The translations under genes were made by a program, and so were the position numbers. Positions 1 through 9,553 of a stretch of 64,000 nucleotides of DNA are shown here, piece after piece; positions within the stretch are counted from its first letter, which is position 1; each line of letters begins with the position of its first letter. The stretch is from an uncultured Woeseiaceae bacterium (lineage in GTDB: Bacteria > Pseudomonadota > Gammaproteobacteria > Steroidobacterales > Woeseiaceae): positions 7,426 through 71,425 of the forward strand of contig CAYRUH010000006.1 of the NCBI GenBank assembly GCA_964427415.1, given 5' to 3'. Under the pieces are notes generated by a model. It did no database searches. It was given only the letters and a program-made list of their open reading frames with translations, and was not told the origin of the DNA.

Positions 1-642
1 GAGTTTCTCGAACACGCCGCCGAAGATCAACGAGCAGACCGACAGCGCCGTTTCCGCCGGCATGCCGACCAGCCAGGGCAGCCAGTAGAGATTCATGCGC
101 TCGCGGCCGAGCATCTCCCAGGGGTGCACGAACACGGCGGCGCCGAGCTCCGCGGCTGCCTCGAGCACCGGGAACACCCGTTCGTCGTCCAGGTTCCAGC
201 CGTTCACGTGGGTGCCGATCTGCACGCCGTGCAGGCCTAGCTCGAGGCAGCGTTCCAGCTCGCGGACTGCGAGTGCGGCGTCCTGCATCGGCAGCGTGCC
301 GAGGCCGAGGAAGCGGCGCGGGTTTTCGGCCACCACCGAGGCGATGTGATCGTTCAGCAGCCGGGCGAGGTCGGCCGTGTCGCCGGGCTTCGCCCAGTAG
401 CTGAACATGACGGGTACCGTGGAGAGCACCTGCACGTTCACGCCGGCGTCGTCGCAGTCGCCCAGGCGCACGTCCGGGTCCCAGCAATTGGACTTCACCT
501 CGCGGAAATTCCTGCCGTTCAGCAGCATACGCGCACAGCCGGGACCGTGATGCTCGAGCTGCACGAAGCCGCCGTAGCCGTAGCGCTCCTTCAGATCCGG
601 CCAGTCCGGCGGCAGCACGTGGGTGTGGATGTCGATCTTCAC
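1..642 (-). CDS. 2-amino-3-carboxymuconate-6-semialdehyde decarboxylase (ACMSD, amidohydrolase family), N-terminal part; gene runs off the left edge
   Basis: Not in the ORF track (GTG start at 642, no stop inside the window). My minus-strand translation from 642 reads VKIDIHTHVLPPDWPDLKERYGYGGFVQLEHH...STVPVMFSYWAKP...LPWLVGMPAETALSVCSLIFGGVFEK. This tracks the ACMSD family closely. An in-frame TGA lies at 661-663, so GTG 642 is the only available start. It sits 4 nt after the stop of the upstream dioxygenase gene. Confidence 0.85.
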   Translation of the reverse strand, partial: MKIDIHTHVLPPDWPDLKERYGYGGFVQLEHHGPGCARMLLNGRNFREVKSNCWDPDVRLGDCDDAGVNVQVLSTVPVMFSYWAKPGDTADLARLLNDHIASVVAENPRRFLGLGTLPMQDAALAVRELERCLELGLHGVQIGTHVNGWNLDDERVFPVLEAAAELGAAVFVHPWEMLGRERMNLYWLPWLVGMPAETALSVCSLIFGGVFEKL

Positions 643-646
643 GGGT

Positions 647-1159
647 TCAGCGCGGCGGCATCACGGCTCCGCAGTTCGGGCAGCGGCGATTCTCCTCGCT
701 GCCGTAGAAGCGCTCGAAGACCGGGGGCAGTTGCTTCACGATGTCGTCGACGTGCAGGAATTCCTCGTAGAGCTTCGTGTCGCACTCGTTGCAGAACCAC
801 ATGAAGCCGTCCAGCTCCCCGGGCACGCGCTTGCGCTCGACCACGAGCCCGACCGTGTCGGCATAGCGCTGGGGCGAGTGGGGTACCCGTGGCGGCAGCA
901 GCAGGATATCGCCCTCGCGGATCGGGATGTCCACTCGCTCGCCTTCCTGCATGGTCCTGAGCAACATGTCGCCCTCGAGCTGGTAGAAGAACTCCTCGCC
1001 TTCGTCCCAGTGGTAGTCGTCCCGGGAGTTCGGGCCGCCGACCACCATGATGATGAACTCGCCGTCCTCGAAGACCTGCCTGTTGCAGACCGGAGGGCGC
1101 AGTGCCGCCCGGTTGGCGTCGATCCAGTCGCGGAAATTGAAAGCGGTGAGGGGTTTCAT
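647..1159 (-). CDS. nbaC: 3-hydroxyanthranilate 3,4-dioxygenase (cupin)
   Basis: 170-aa ORF. Cupin core (EEFFYQLEGDMLL...DIPIREGDILLLPPRVPHSPQR) plus a C-terminal CxxC...CxxC pair (CNEC, CPNC), as in bacterial HAAO. Adjacent to ACMSD. Confidence 0.9.
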   Translation of the reverse strand: MKPLTAFNFRDWIDANRAALRPPVCNRQVFEDGEFIIMVVGGPNSRDDYHWDEGEEFFYQLEGDMLLRTMQEGERVDIPIREGDILLLPPRVPHSPQRYADTVGLVVERKRVPGELDGFMWFCNECDTKLYEEFLHVDDIVKQLPPVFERFYGSEENRRCPNCGAVMPPR

Positions 1160-1193
1160 GTCTCTCTCCCGGTGCGTACGTCGATCCGGCCGC

Positions 1194-1625
1194 CTACACG
1201 TCCGGCAGGGTCGCGATGCATTTAAGCTCGATGGCGATCGGCGTCGGCAGCCGATTCACCTCGACGGTGGTCCGGCAGGGGCCCTCGTCCGGGAAATACT
1301 CCCGGTATAGCCGGTTGAAGGTATCGAAGTCCCGCTCGATGTCGATCAGGAAGACGGTGACGTCCACGAGCCGGTCCCAGCCGGAACCGGCCGCCGCGAG
1401 CACACTCTTCACGTTACGGAATACGGCGTGGCACTGGGCCTCGATGTCGTATTCCACCACTCGCCCTTCGGCGTCCCGGCGCACGCCGGGTATGTCGCCG
1501 CCGGCCGGAGCCCGCGGACCCAGGCCGGACAGGAACAGCAGACCCCCGGCCCGCCTGGCATGGGGGTAGGCGCCTACCGGCGGCGGCGCCTCACTCGTGC
1601 TTATGGCCCTGTCGTCTGATTCCAC
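1194..1625 (-). CDS. RidA/YjgF family deaminase (probably 2-aminomuconate deaminase, judged from its neighbours)
   Basis: 143-aa ORF with the RidA fold signature (PPVGAYPHARRAGGLLFLSG...VTVFL...RTTVEVNRLP). Co-oriented with the HAAO/ACMSD genes. Confidence 0.75.
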   Translation of the reverse strand: MESDDRAISTSEAPPPVGAYPHARRAGGLLFLSGLGPRAPAGGDIPGVRRDAEGRVVEYDIEAQCHAVFRNVKSVLAAAGSGWDRLVDVTVFLIDIERDFDTFNRLYREYFPDEGPCRTTVEVNRLPTPIAIELKCIATLPDV

Positions 1626-1634
1626 GCGGGGATT

Positions 1635-2462
1635 CTAGCGCGACTGGCCGCGGCATTTTACCTGCACCGGCTGCGCCTCCCGGTCGACGCGAAGCGCCGT
1701 CAGCGCGCGACCCCACACGCAGCCCGTGTCCAGGCACAGCAGGTGCGGCTCATTGATCAGTCCCAGCGCAGACCAGTGTCCGAAGACGATACGTGTGCCG
1801 GCCAATGCCCGGTCGCGCGCCCGGTACCAGGGCGTGAGCTTCGCCGGGGCGCCGTCCGGCGGGCCCGTGTAGTTGAAGTCGAGTCTGCCCTTGCGCGTGA
1901 GCATGCGCATGCGGGTGAGTACGTTCACGATGAAGCGCCATCGCGGCACGCCGTGCAGGTCGCCGCGCCAGCGGTCGGGTTCGTCGCCGTAAAGATGCGC
2001 CAGCAGATTGGACGGGCGCGGGCCTCTCAGTACCGCTTCCACCTCGCTTGCCAGGCCGAGGACGGTGTCGAGGTCCCAGGTCGGCAGCACGCCCGCGTGA
2101 ACGAGCACCGTGTCCAGGCCCTCGTCGTAGTGCACCAGCGGGCGGTTCTGCAGCCAGTCGATGAGCTCGTCGCAGTCGTGGGCGCGGAGAATGGGTTTCA
2201 TGGCGAGGGAGGCCGAGCGTCTTGCGGCGGTGCGCTCATGGGCGATCACCAGCAGGTGCAGATCGTGGTTGCCCAGCACGGTCACCACGGCGTCGCCCAG
2301 GGAGTGGACGAAACGCAGCGTCTTCAGCGACTTCGGTCCCCGGTTGACCAGGTCGCCGGCGAGCCAGAGCGTGTCCCGGCCCGGGTCGAAGTCCAGTTTG
2401 TCCAGCAGGCGCCGGAAGGGATCGTAGCAGCCCTGCAGGTCGCCGATGGCATAGACCGCCAT
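1635..2462 (-). CDS. apaH: bis(5'-nucleosyl)-tetraphosphatase, symmetrical
   Basis: C-terminal 275 aa of track ORF 1635..2867, from MAVYAIGDLQGCYDPF...GDLVNRGP...GNHDLHLL. This is a metallophosphatase of the ApaH type. ATG at 2462. The upstream 135 aa of the track ORF overlap apaG in another frame and are Arg/Ala/Pro noise. Confidence 0.9.
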   Translation of the reverse strand: MAVYAIGDLQGCYDPFRRLLDKLDFDPGRDTLWLAGDLVNRGPKSLKTLRFVHSLGDAVVTVLGNHDLHLLVIAHERTAARRSASLAMKPILRAHDCDELIDWLQNRPLVHYDEGLDTVLVHAGVLPTWDLDTVLGLASEVEAVLRGPRPSNLLAHLYGDEPDRWRGDLHGVPRWRFIVNVLTRMRMLTRKGRLDFNYTGPPDGAPAKLTPWYRARDRALAGTRIVFGHWSALGLINEPHLLCLDTGCVWGRALTALRVDREAQPVQVKCRGQSR

Positions 2463-2497
2463 GCTACGGTCTCCGCTGTCGTGGCCGCGGGCGCTGC

Positions 2498-2525
2498 CTA
2501 GTGTCCCGTCCGCGACACTAGTGCA
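2498..2525. repeat. Palindromic REP-like element, copy 1 (shares a 23-mer with 10232..10254)
   Basis: CTAGTGTC-CCGTCCGC-GACACTAG (8-bp stem, 8-nt loop) at 2498-2521. The 23-mer TGCACTAGTGTCGCGGACGGGAC (minus strand, 2503-2525) recurs at 10232-10254. It includes the last His codon and the TAG stop of apaG. Confidence 0.7.
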
Positions 2526-2901
2526 GCAGGCCCGGTACGGCCAGGGTGAATGGCGCGATGGGGGCGTCGAAGCGCACGCCGTCGTCGGCCAGCATCTGGT
2601 AACTGCCCTCCATGCTGCCCACGGGCGTCTCGAGCACCGTGCCGCTGGAGTAGCGGAACTGCTCCCCCGGGCTGAGATGGGGCTGCTCGCCAACGACGCC
2701 GTCGCCGCGGACTTCCTGCACCTTGCCGTTGGCATCTGTGATGATCCAGTGCCGACTGAGCAGGGCTGCGGCCACGTCGCCCTGGTTGGCGATGGTGATC
2801 GTATAGGAGAAAACGTAGCGGTCCAGCGCCGGTTCCGATTGCTCGTCCAGAAAGTTGGTGCGGACATCTACGCTGATGTGGTGATTCGGCTTGTCGCTCA
2901 T
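2518..2901 (-). CDS. apaG: ApaG (DUF525) protein
   Basis: 127-aa [14 protein letters not shown]...[25 protein letters not shown] is typical ApaG. Sits between rsmA and apaH as in E. coli. Confidence 0.9.
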   Translation of the reverse strand: MSDKPNHHISVDVRTNFLDEQSEPALDRYVFSYTITIANQGDVAAALLSRHWIITDANGKVQEVRGDGVVGEQPHLSPGEQFRYSSGTVLETPVGSMEGSYQMLADDGVRFDAPIAPFTLAVPGLLH

Positions 2902-2968
2902 GTCGTCTCAGCTGGCCTCCCGGCTGGCCTCTCGCTGGCAAAGTGGGGCCGGCATCCCGTTCGGGGCG

Positions 2969-3808
2969 TCATTCTAGCGCATCGCCCCGCTCGCGCAGTG
3001 CCCGGTTTGCGAGCCGGGCGAATTCCTCCGGCGCGAGGCGTTCCGGGCGCAGCGCCGGGTCGATGCCCTCGTCGGCGATGGCCTCAGCGGTGAGCCACGC
3101 GCCAAGCGCGTTGCGCAGCGTCTTGCGTCGGCGCGAGAAGGCGCCGGTCACCAGTGCGGCGAACTGTCTCTCGTCGCCGACCTCCAGCGGCCGCGTGCGG
3201 GGCAGCAGCCGCACGACGCTGGACTGCACCCGTGGCGGGGGCCGGAAGGCCTCGGGCGGTACGTCGAACAGACGCTCGACTTCCATGGAGCAGGCCAGCA
3301 TCACCGTAAGACGGCCGTATTGCTTGCTACCGGGGGCGGCCGCCATGCGGTCCACCACCTCCTTCTGCAGCATGAAGTGCATGTCGCGTATCGCCCGTCG
3401 CTGCTCGACGAGATGGAACAGGAGCGGGGTCGAGATGTTGTAGGGCAGGTTGCCCACGACGCGCAGATCTTCGCCCAGCGCGGCGAAGTCGAACTTCAGG
3501 GCATCGGCCTGGTGGAGGGTGACGTGGGCTTCGCCGGCGTAGCGGTAGCGCAGCGCCGCCGCCAGGTCCCGGTCGATCTCGACGGCGTCCAGTGTGACGG
3601 GCAGGGCGGCGAGCGGCGCCGTGAGAATGCCTTCGCCGGGGCCGATTTCCACCAGGTGGTCGCCCTCGGCGGGCCCGATCGCGGCGACGATGCCCGATAC
3701 CACCGAGAGGTCGCGCAGAAAGTGCTGGCCGAAACGCTTGCGCGGCCGATGGCTCAACGGACGCTCATCCGCTCCGCCCGGCGAGTTGCGCGGCATGGCG
3801 CAGCGCAA
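2969..3808 (-). CDS. rsmA: 16S rRNA (adenine1518/1519-N6)-dimethyltransferase
   Basis: 279-aa ORF. RKRFGQHFL, EIGPGEGILT and VGNLPYNISTPLLFHL motifs of KsgA/RsmA. Confidence 0.9.
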   Translation of the reverse strand: MRCAMPRNSPGGADERPLSHRPRKRFGQHFLRDLSVVSGIVAAIGPAEGDHLVEIGPGEGILTAPLAALPVTLDAVEIDRDLAAALRYRYAGEAHVTLHQADALKFDFAALGEDLRVVGNLPYNISTPLLFHLVEQRRAIRDMHFMLQKEVVDRMAAAPGSKQYGRLTVMLACSMEVERLFDVPPEAFRPPPRVQSSVVRLLPRTRPLEVGDERQFAALVTGAFSRRRKTLRNALGAWLTAEAIADEGIDPALRPERLAPEEFARLANRALRERGDALE

Positions 3809-4757
3809 TCCCGAGGCTGGCCGGGTCGGCGCGGCCGGTACCGGCGAGGGACAGTGCCGTGCCGTGGTCCACCGAGGTGCGCACGATGGGCAGGCCGAGC
3901 GTGATGTTCACGGCCTTGCCGAATCCGGCGTACTTGATCACGGGCAGACCCTGGTCGTGATACATGGCCAGCACCGCGTCCGCCTTGCCGGCCGTGTCCA
4001 GAAAAGCGGTATCGGCGGAGACCGGACCCTCGATGGCGACGCCGCGCGCCCGCAGGGCGTTCAGTGCCGGAGCGATAACGTCGATCTCCTCCCGCCCCAG
4101 GTGACCCGCCTCGCCGGCATGCGGGTTCAGGCCGCAGACCCGGATCTTCGGATCGTCGATGCCGAAACGCCGGCGCAGGTCGCCGTGCAGCACGTCGATG
4201 ATCCGCGTGAGCCGTTCGGCCGTAATCGCCGCCGGGACGTCGGCCAGCGGCAGGTGGGTGGTCGCCAGCGCGATGCGGAGCTCGTCGGTGGCAAGCATCA
4301 TCACCGGCAGCGGGGCGCCCGTGGTCTCGGCCAGGAACTCCGTGTGGCCGCTGAATACGAGCCCGGCCTCGTTGATGACGCTCTTCTGCAGCGGCGCGGT
4401 CACCAGCGCATCGAATTCGCCGTCGAGGCAGGCCCGGGCCGCCCACTCCAGCCCGGCCAGCAGCGCGCTGGCGTTCGCGGGATCCGGCGTGCCGCGGCAC
4501 TCGACGTTGGGCAGGGCGAACGACATAACGGGTATCTCGCCAGGCGTGTGGCCGCCCCGGCGGGGCTCGCCCCGGTGGTATTCGGGCAGCACCATCTCGA
4601 TGCCCAGGACGGTGGCCCGCTCGGCCAGCTGGCGCCGGTCGCCGACCAGCACCGTCTCTGCGGGCAGTGGACCCGCAGCCAGCATGAGGCAGATATCGGG
4701 CCCGATGCCGGCCGGCTCACCGGCCGTCAGCACCAGGCGTGGGGCTGTGACCGCCAC
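3765..4757 (-). CDS. pdxA: 4-hydroxythreonine-4-phosphate dehydrogenase
   Basis: 330-aa ORF. GEPAGIGPD..., GHTEFLA and NPHAGE...DTAF...YHDQGLP motifs of PdxA. Conserved surA-pdxA-rsmA order. Confidence 0.9.
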   Translation of the reverse strand: MAVTAPRLVLTAGEPAGIGPDICLMLAAGPLPAETVLVGDRRQLAERATVLGIEMVLPEYHRGEPRRGGHTPGEIPVMSFALPNVECRGTPDPANASALLAGLEWAARACLDGEFDALVTAPLQKSVINEAGLVFSGHTEFLAETTGAPLPVMMLATDELRIALATTHLPLADVPAAITAERLTRIIDVLHGDLRRRFGIDDPKIRVCGLNPHAGEAGHLGREEIDVIAPALNALRARGVAIEGPVSADTAFLDTAGKADAVLAMYHDQGLPVIKYAGFGKAVNITLGLPIVRTSVDHGTALSLAGTGRADPASLGIALRHAAQLAGRSG

Positions 4758-4764
4758 AGCCGCC

Positions 4765-6060
4765 TCAGATACGCTTGTCGACGAAGGCCTCGTCGCGCAT
4801 GCGCCGAAGCCAGAGCTGGGTTTCCTCCTCCAGTTTGCCGGCCCGGATGCTGTTCACGCAGTTGCGTTCCCGCACCTCTGCGGTGTTGTCGTAGACGCGC
4901 CGGTCCATAACCTCCAGGACATGCCAGCCGAAGCGGGAGCGAAACGGCTCGCTCACCTCACCGATCTCGAGCGACTCCGCCACCTCGGCGAATTCGGGCA
5001 CGAAGGTGCCGGGCGAGGCCCAGCCGAGGTCGCCGCCCTCCGCCGCGGATCCCGGGTCGTCCGAGTTGAGCTGGGCGAGGTCACCGAAGCTCTCGCCGGC
5101 CAGGATGCGCTCGCGCAGTTCGGCGAGCTGCTGGCGGGCGGTGGCGTCGTCGATGATCTCGTCGGGGCGGATCAGGATATGGCGGATGCGCGACTGGTCG
5201 ACCTCGCTGCGGGCAATGGCGCCGCGCACGTCGTTTAGCTTGATGATATGGAAACCGCTTGCGTTGCGTATGGGTTCGGCGATCTCGCCGGGAGAGAGGT
5301 TATCGACCACCCCGGTGAACAGCGTGGGCAGCTGCGTGCCCTTGCGCCATCCCAGGTTGCCGCCTTCCAGCGCGTTCTGGGCGTCGGAATAACTGACCGC
5401 CGCCTGGGCGAAGTCGGCACCGTCCTTCAGTTCGTCGTACAGCCGGCGGGCTTCCACTTCGGCCTCGCGGAACTGGTCCGCGGTGGCGTTGGCGGGCACG
5501 CTGATCAGAATGTGGGAGATGTCGAACTCGGAGTTCGCGCCGACATTCTCCTGCAGGTTCTCAAGGCAGCGGTTGATCTCGCGGTCGGAGACGTTGATGC
5601 GGCTCATCACGTCGACCTGGCGCAGCTGCTCCAGGGCCAGCTGATCGCGCATCTCCTCCCGGTACATCGTGTAGTCGAGGCCCTGGCCGGCCAGGGCCGC
5701 GGGCAGGTCGGTGAAGGAGATATTGTTGCGCCGGGCGACGTCTGCCAGCGCATTGTTGAGTATCTCGTCGGAGATGCGGATGCCGATGCGCTCGGCGCGC
5801 TGGAGCTGGATGCGGTCGATGATCAGCCGCTCGAGGATCTGGTCGCGCAGCACTTCCTGAGGTGGCAGCTGCACATTCTGCTCCTGCAGGCGCGTGAGCA
5901 CCAGCTCGGTCTGGTTGTCGAGTTCGCTCTCCAGCACGACGCCCTCGTTGACGACGGCCACGATGCTGTCGAGGCGCTCGCTCTCCTGGGCGGACGTGAC
6001 GCCGGCCGGGAGCATGGCGAGGGCGGTGAGAATGAGGCTGAGGCTGGCGGTTCTTTGCAT
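4765..6060 (-). CDS. surA: periplasmic chaperone / peptidyl-prolyl isomerase SurA
   Basis: 431-aa ORF. Has a signal peptide, a SurA N-domain and two parvulin domains (RHILI..., GDLGW..., GWHVLEV). Confidence 0.9.
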   Translation of the reverse strand: MQRTASLSLILTALAMLPAGVTSAQESERLDSIVAVVNEGVVLESELDNQTELVLTRLQEQNVQLPPQEVLRDQILERLIIDRIQLQRAERIGIRISDEILNNALADVARRNNISFTDLPAALAGQGLDYTMYREEMRDQLALEQLRQVDVMSRINVSDREINRCLENLQENVGANSEFDISHILISVPANATADQFREAEVEARRLYDELKDGADFAQAAVSYSDAQNALEGGNLGWRKGTQLPTLFTGVVDNLSPGEIAEPIRNASGFHIIKLNDVRGAIARSEVDQSRIRHILIRPDEIIDDATARQQLAELRERILAGESFGDLAQLNSDDPGSAAEGGDLGWASPGTFVPEFAEVAESLEIGEVSEPFRSRFGWHVLEVMDRRVYDNTAEVRERNCVNSIRAGKLEEETQLWLRRMRDEAFVDKRI

Positions 6061-6179
6061 GAGAGGTGTAAAGCAGTTGGAGTTACGGGGACGACGGGGA
6101 CGGACACCTGGATTCCCCCGACGACCGGGTCGCGTACCCTGGATTACTCCGGGGGGAATTCAGGTGTCCGTCCCGTGAT

Positions 6180-8405
6180 TCAGTCGCGGGTATAACCCAG
6201 AATACCACGTTCCAGGAGTTCGTCCGCAGGGTCTCCGACACTCGTCAGACCCTTCAGTTCCAGCTGGATGGCGATGGACGAATCGGTCGTACGGTCGCGG
6301 CGGCTGATGTAGCGGCGGGTGACCAGCCGGATGCTCCAGCAGCAGCTCTCGTACTCCACGCCGAGGAAGCGCTCCAGGGTGGTGTCCTCGCGCAACGAGT
6401 AGTTGTAGCGGCCGACCACGTTCCAGCGATCGCCGATCGGCCAGCTCCAGGAGACGTCCGTCTGCTCGATGGAGCCGCGGCGGAAGCGGTAGGAAAAATT
6501 CAGTACCCGGTCGTCGCCCGGGCGGTACTGCAGCCGGATCTCGGACCGGGTGGTCGTGTCGGCGTCCGAATTCCACTGATGGCCCAGATCCAGATTCCAG
6601 TTGCCGTACACGTCGAACCCGAGCTCGGCGATGTAGTCCGACGAGTCGGCGGAGACGGGGTCCAGCCCGGGCAGGGTCACGCCCTGATTGCTCAGGTAGC
6701 GGGTCTGGCCGACAGTGGCGCGCAGCAGCTGGCGGCCGGTCGCCGCGTCGAGCAGCCGGGTGGTCACGCCCAGGCTGACCTGGTCGGTATCGGCCAGCCG
6801 GTCCGGTCCGACAAAGCGATTCTTGCGGAAGACCTGCACCAGGTTCAGGTCCGGTTCGATGGTGTCGAAGACCGGCTGATCCTGCTGGTCCGTGTAGGGC
6901 ACGTGCACGTAGAGCACGCGGGGTTCCAGCGTCTGTATCCAGCCCTGGCGCTCGAGGCTGCGCTCGAGGGTCGCGCCGGCGTCCACGCTGAACAGTGGCA
7001 CGGTGCGGCTCGGCGCGTCCTCCTGGCCGGGAGCCGTCTGGTCCAGACCGTAAGCCGCATGGTCCACCTCGATGCCGGGGCGCAGATACAGCCCCGGCCG
7101 CTCGATGGAGTATTCGAAGCGGGGGCGGGCGTTCAGCCGCCAGCCGGTGACCCCGGCGTCGCGGTCGAAATAGGCGAGCTCGGAGTCGATGCCCCAGGAA
7201 GGCCCGGTGCCCGTCGACGGCCAGTCGCCGGAGGCGATCAGACGCGGCAGCTGCCGGTAAGGCTCCTCCTCGTCGGTGACGGCGGAATCGATGGTCTGGA
7301 AAATGCGCAGATCGGCGGCCAGGTACCAGTGGCGGCCGGGCCGGTCGAAGCGCAGGCTCTGATTCAGGTGGGTGGTGCTGGCCTCGCTGAGACTGCCGCC
7401 CAGGTCCTCGAAGTAGTTGTCGTCGGAGACGCTGCGCACGTCGAGCAACGCCCGCCAGCGGTCGGCGATGATGGTGCGATCCTGCAGGCTCAGATAGACA
7501 CGATCCTCGCCGGTCTCGTCGTCGCCGGGCAGGTACTCGAGTTCGGCGCTGCCCCGGCTGGAGCCGGTGAGCATGCGCAGCTCGGTGTTGAGCTGCATGC
7601 CCCGGCGGGTGAGCAGCCGGGGCGTGATCGTGGCGTCGTAGTTCGGGGCGATATTCCAGTAATAGGGGGCGCTTACGTCCGTGCCGCTGCGCCCGCTGCT
7701 GCCGACGTCGGGGATCAGGAATCCCGACTTGCGGGCCGGGCTGATGGGAAAAGACAGCCAGGGGGCGTACAGGATGGGCACGCCCTGGAACTCCAGCCGC
7801 ACGTTGCGCGCGGTGCCAACGCCGTCTGCCGTGTCGAGGCGGATGCGCCGGCCGAGCAGTTGCCAGTCGTTCTTGCCCGGCGGGCAGGTGGTGTAGCTCA
7901 CGTCTTCGAGCGTGAGCAGCCCGGATCGCTCGATCTGCAGCAGCCCGGCCTCGCCGCGGGAGCTGCGGGCCTCCAGGCCGAAGCGGGCATCCTCGAAGCG
8001 GATCAGGCCCTCGTCGTAGCTGAACCGGGCGAGATCGCTCTCCACGTCCGCATCGGGACCGCCGTAGCGCACGCCGTCGGCGAGGCTCAAGGCCCGCAGG
8101 GCCGGATCGTACGTGGCCCGATCGGCCTCCAGCAGAAAACCGGAGCGCTGCAGCCGCACGCCACCGCTGAGCGAGGCGCCGCCGCCGAGCTCGAGTTCGG
8201 CGGCGCCGGCCTGCAACTGAATTTGCCTGTCGCTCGCATCGGGATCGCCGGGCTGCGCCGGCGCATCGGGCACGGCGGCGTCTACTCCGGATGGCGCCGC
8301 CAGCGGGTCGGCCTGACAGTCCAGCCGATCCTGTGCGCGCGCAGGCAGGGAGGTCGCAACGAGCAGGCAGGCCATTGCGGCGAGGCGGAGCGTACTGGGC
8401 AGCAA
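6180..8405 (-). CDS. lptD: LPS-assembly outer-membrane protein LptD
   Basis: Track ORF 6180..8615. The OstA N-domain and a large beta-barrel are recognisable. I place the start at TTG 8405, giving the signal peptide MLPSTLRLAAMACLLVATSLPARA/QD. ATG 8375 (MACLL...) is the alternative. The upstream 70 codons look non-coding. Confidence 0.85.
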   Translation of the reverse strand: MLPSTLRLAAMACLLVATSLPARAQDRLDCQADPLAAPSGVDAAVPDAPAQPGDPDASDRQIQLQAGAAELELGGGASLSGGVRLQRSGFLLEADRATYDPALRALSLADGVRYGGPDADVESDLARFSYDEGLIRFEDARFGLEARSSRGEAGLLQIERSGLLTLEDVSYTTCPPGKNDWQLLGRRIRLDTADGVGTARNVRLEFQGVPILYAPWLSFPISPARKSGFLIPDVGSSGRSGTDVSAPYYWNIAPNYDATITPRLLTRRGMQLNTELRMLTGSSRGSAELEYLPGDDETGEDRVYLSLQDRTIIADRWRALLDVRSVSDDNYFEDLGGSLSEASTTHLNQSLRFDRPGRHWYLAADLRIFQTIDSAVTDEEEPYRQLPRLIASGDWPSTGTGPSWGIDSELAYFDRDAGVTGWRLNARPRFEYSIERPGLYLRPGIEVDHAAYGLDQTAPGQEDAPSRTVPLFSVDAGATLERSLERQGWIQTLEPRVLYVHVPYTDQQDQPVFDTIEPDLNLVQVFRKNRFVGPDRLADTDQVSLGVTTRLLDAATGRQLLRATVGQTRYLSNQGVTLPGLDPVSADSSDYIAELGFDVYGNWNLDLGHQWNSDADTTTRSEIRLQYRPGDDRVLNFSYRFRRGSIEQTDVSWSWPIGDRWNVVGRYNYSLREDTTLERFLGVEYESCCWSIRLVTRRYISRRDRTTDSSIAIQLELKGLTSVGDPADELLERGILGYTRD

Positions 8406-8533
8406 GGTGAGATGAACTCGCTCGTGATTTTTTGCTACCTTGGCACAGTTTCCCGACCCCTTCAAACCGGTCGATCCGCCTCCTGGCGCGGCCTGCGGGC
8501 CCCGCGGCGGCGCTGTTACGGAGTACCCCGGCA

Positions 8534-9553
8534 TTGCGTGACGACAGGCTGCGCGAGCTCGAGGAATGGCTGGTCCGCGATTGCGGGATGACCCTGGAGC
8601 GCCTGAGGCCGGCATCGGCGGATGCGAGTTTCCGCCGTTATTTCCGGGCGCGGAGCGGCGGGCGCACCTACATCGCGATGGACGCCCCGCCCGCCCGGGA
8701 AGACAGCGAGCCGTTCCTGCGGATCGCGGGCTGGCTGCAGGCCCTCGGGCTCACGGCGCCCCGCGTCCTTCAGGCCGACCTCGAGGCCGGATTCCTGTTG
8801 CTCACCGACCTCGGCGACGAGCTTTATCTGCATCGCCTCGAAGCCGAGCCCGGCGAGGCCGATCGGCTGTACGGTGCCGCCATTCGGGCGTTGGTGCGGC
8901 TGCAGCGCGGCGGCGCGCCCCACGCGCCGGAGCTGCCGCCCTACGACCGGGAGTTCCTGCATGCGGAGATGGCGCTATTCCGGGACTGGCTCTGCCAGCG
9001 GCACCTGGCGCTGGACTGGTCCGCGGCCGACGCGGCCGCCTGGGACGACGTCACGGAGCGGCTCGCTGCGAGCGCGCTGGCGCAGCCCTCGGTATTCGTC
9101 CACCGGGACTATCACTCCCGCAACCTCATGGTCACGGCCGAGCCGCCGGGCATACTGGATTTTCAGGATGCCATGCACGGTCCCGTCACCTACGACCTGG
9201 TCTCGCTGCTGAAGGACTGTTACATCACCTGGCCACGGCAGCGGCTGCTTGGCTGGGTGGACGTTTACCGTCAGGAGGCGCTTGCGGCGGGTGTCCGCCC
9301 TGGCGACGTGGCCGGCGAGGCCGGCGGCGGTTTCCTGCGCGCCTTCGACCTGATGGGCGTGCAGCGCCATCTCAAGGCGGCGGGTATCTTCGCCCGGCTC
9401 TGGCACCGGGACGGCAAGCCCGGCTATCTGGCCGACGTGCCCCGCACGCTCGCCTACGTGACCGCACTCGGCGCTGACTACCCTGAGCTCGGGTGGCTCT
9501 GCGCCCTGATCACCGAACGGGTGCTGCCCGCGCTGCCGGAACAGGCGCCGTGA
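8534..9553 (+). CDS. amgK: N-acetylmuramate/N-acetylglucosamine kinase (aminoglycoside-phosphotransferase fold)
   Basis: Track ORF 8432..9553. Contains PASADASFRRYFR, FLLLTDLGD and HRDYHSRNLM...ILDFQDA. Divergent from lptD and followed by murU, as in Pseudomonas. Start uncertain: TTG 8534 is my pick and 8432 is the upper bound. Confidence 0.75.
   Translation: MRDDRLRELEEWLVRDCGMTLERLRPASADASFRRYFRARSGGRTYIAMDAPPAREDSEPFLRIAGWLQALGLTAPRVLQADLEAGFLLLTDLGDELYLHRLEAEPGEADRLYGAAIRALVRLQRGGAPHAPELPPYDREFLHAEMALFRDWLCQRHLALDWSAADAAAWDDVTERLAASALAQPSVFVHRDYHSRNLMVTAEPPGILDFQDAMHGPVTYDLVSLLKDCYITWPRQRLLGWVDVYRQEALAAGVRPGDVAGEAGGGFLRAFDLMGVQRHLKAAGIFARLWHRDGKPGYLADVPRTLAYVTALGADYPELGWLCALITERVLPALPEQAP

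Noticed and set aside
1635-2867. 410-aa track ORF read as a single protein.
   Set aside because: Only the last 275 aa (from ATG 2462) are ApaH. The first 135 aa overlap apaG in another frame and are compositional noise.
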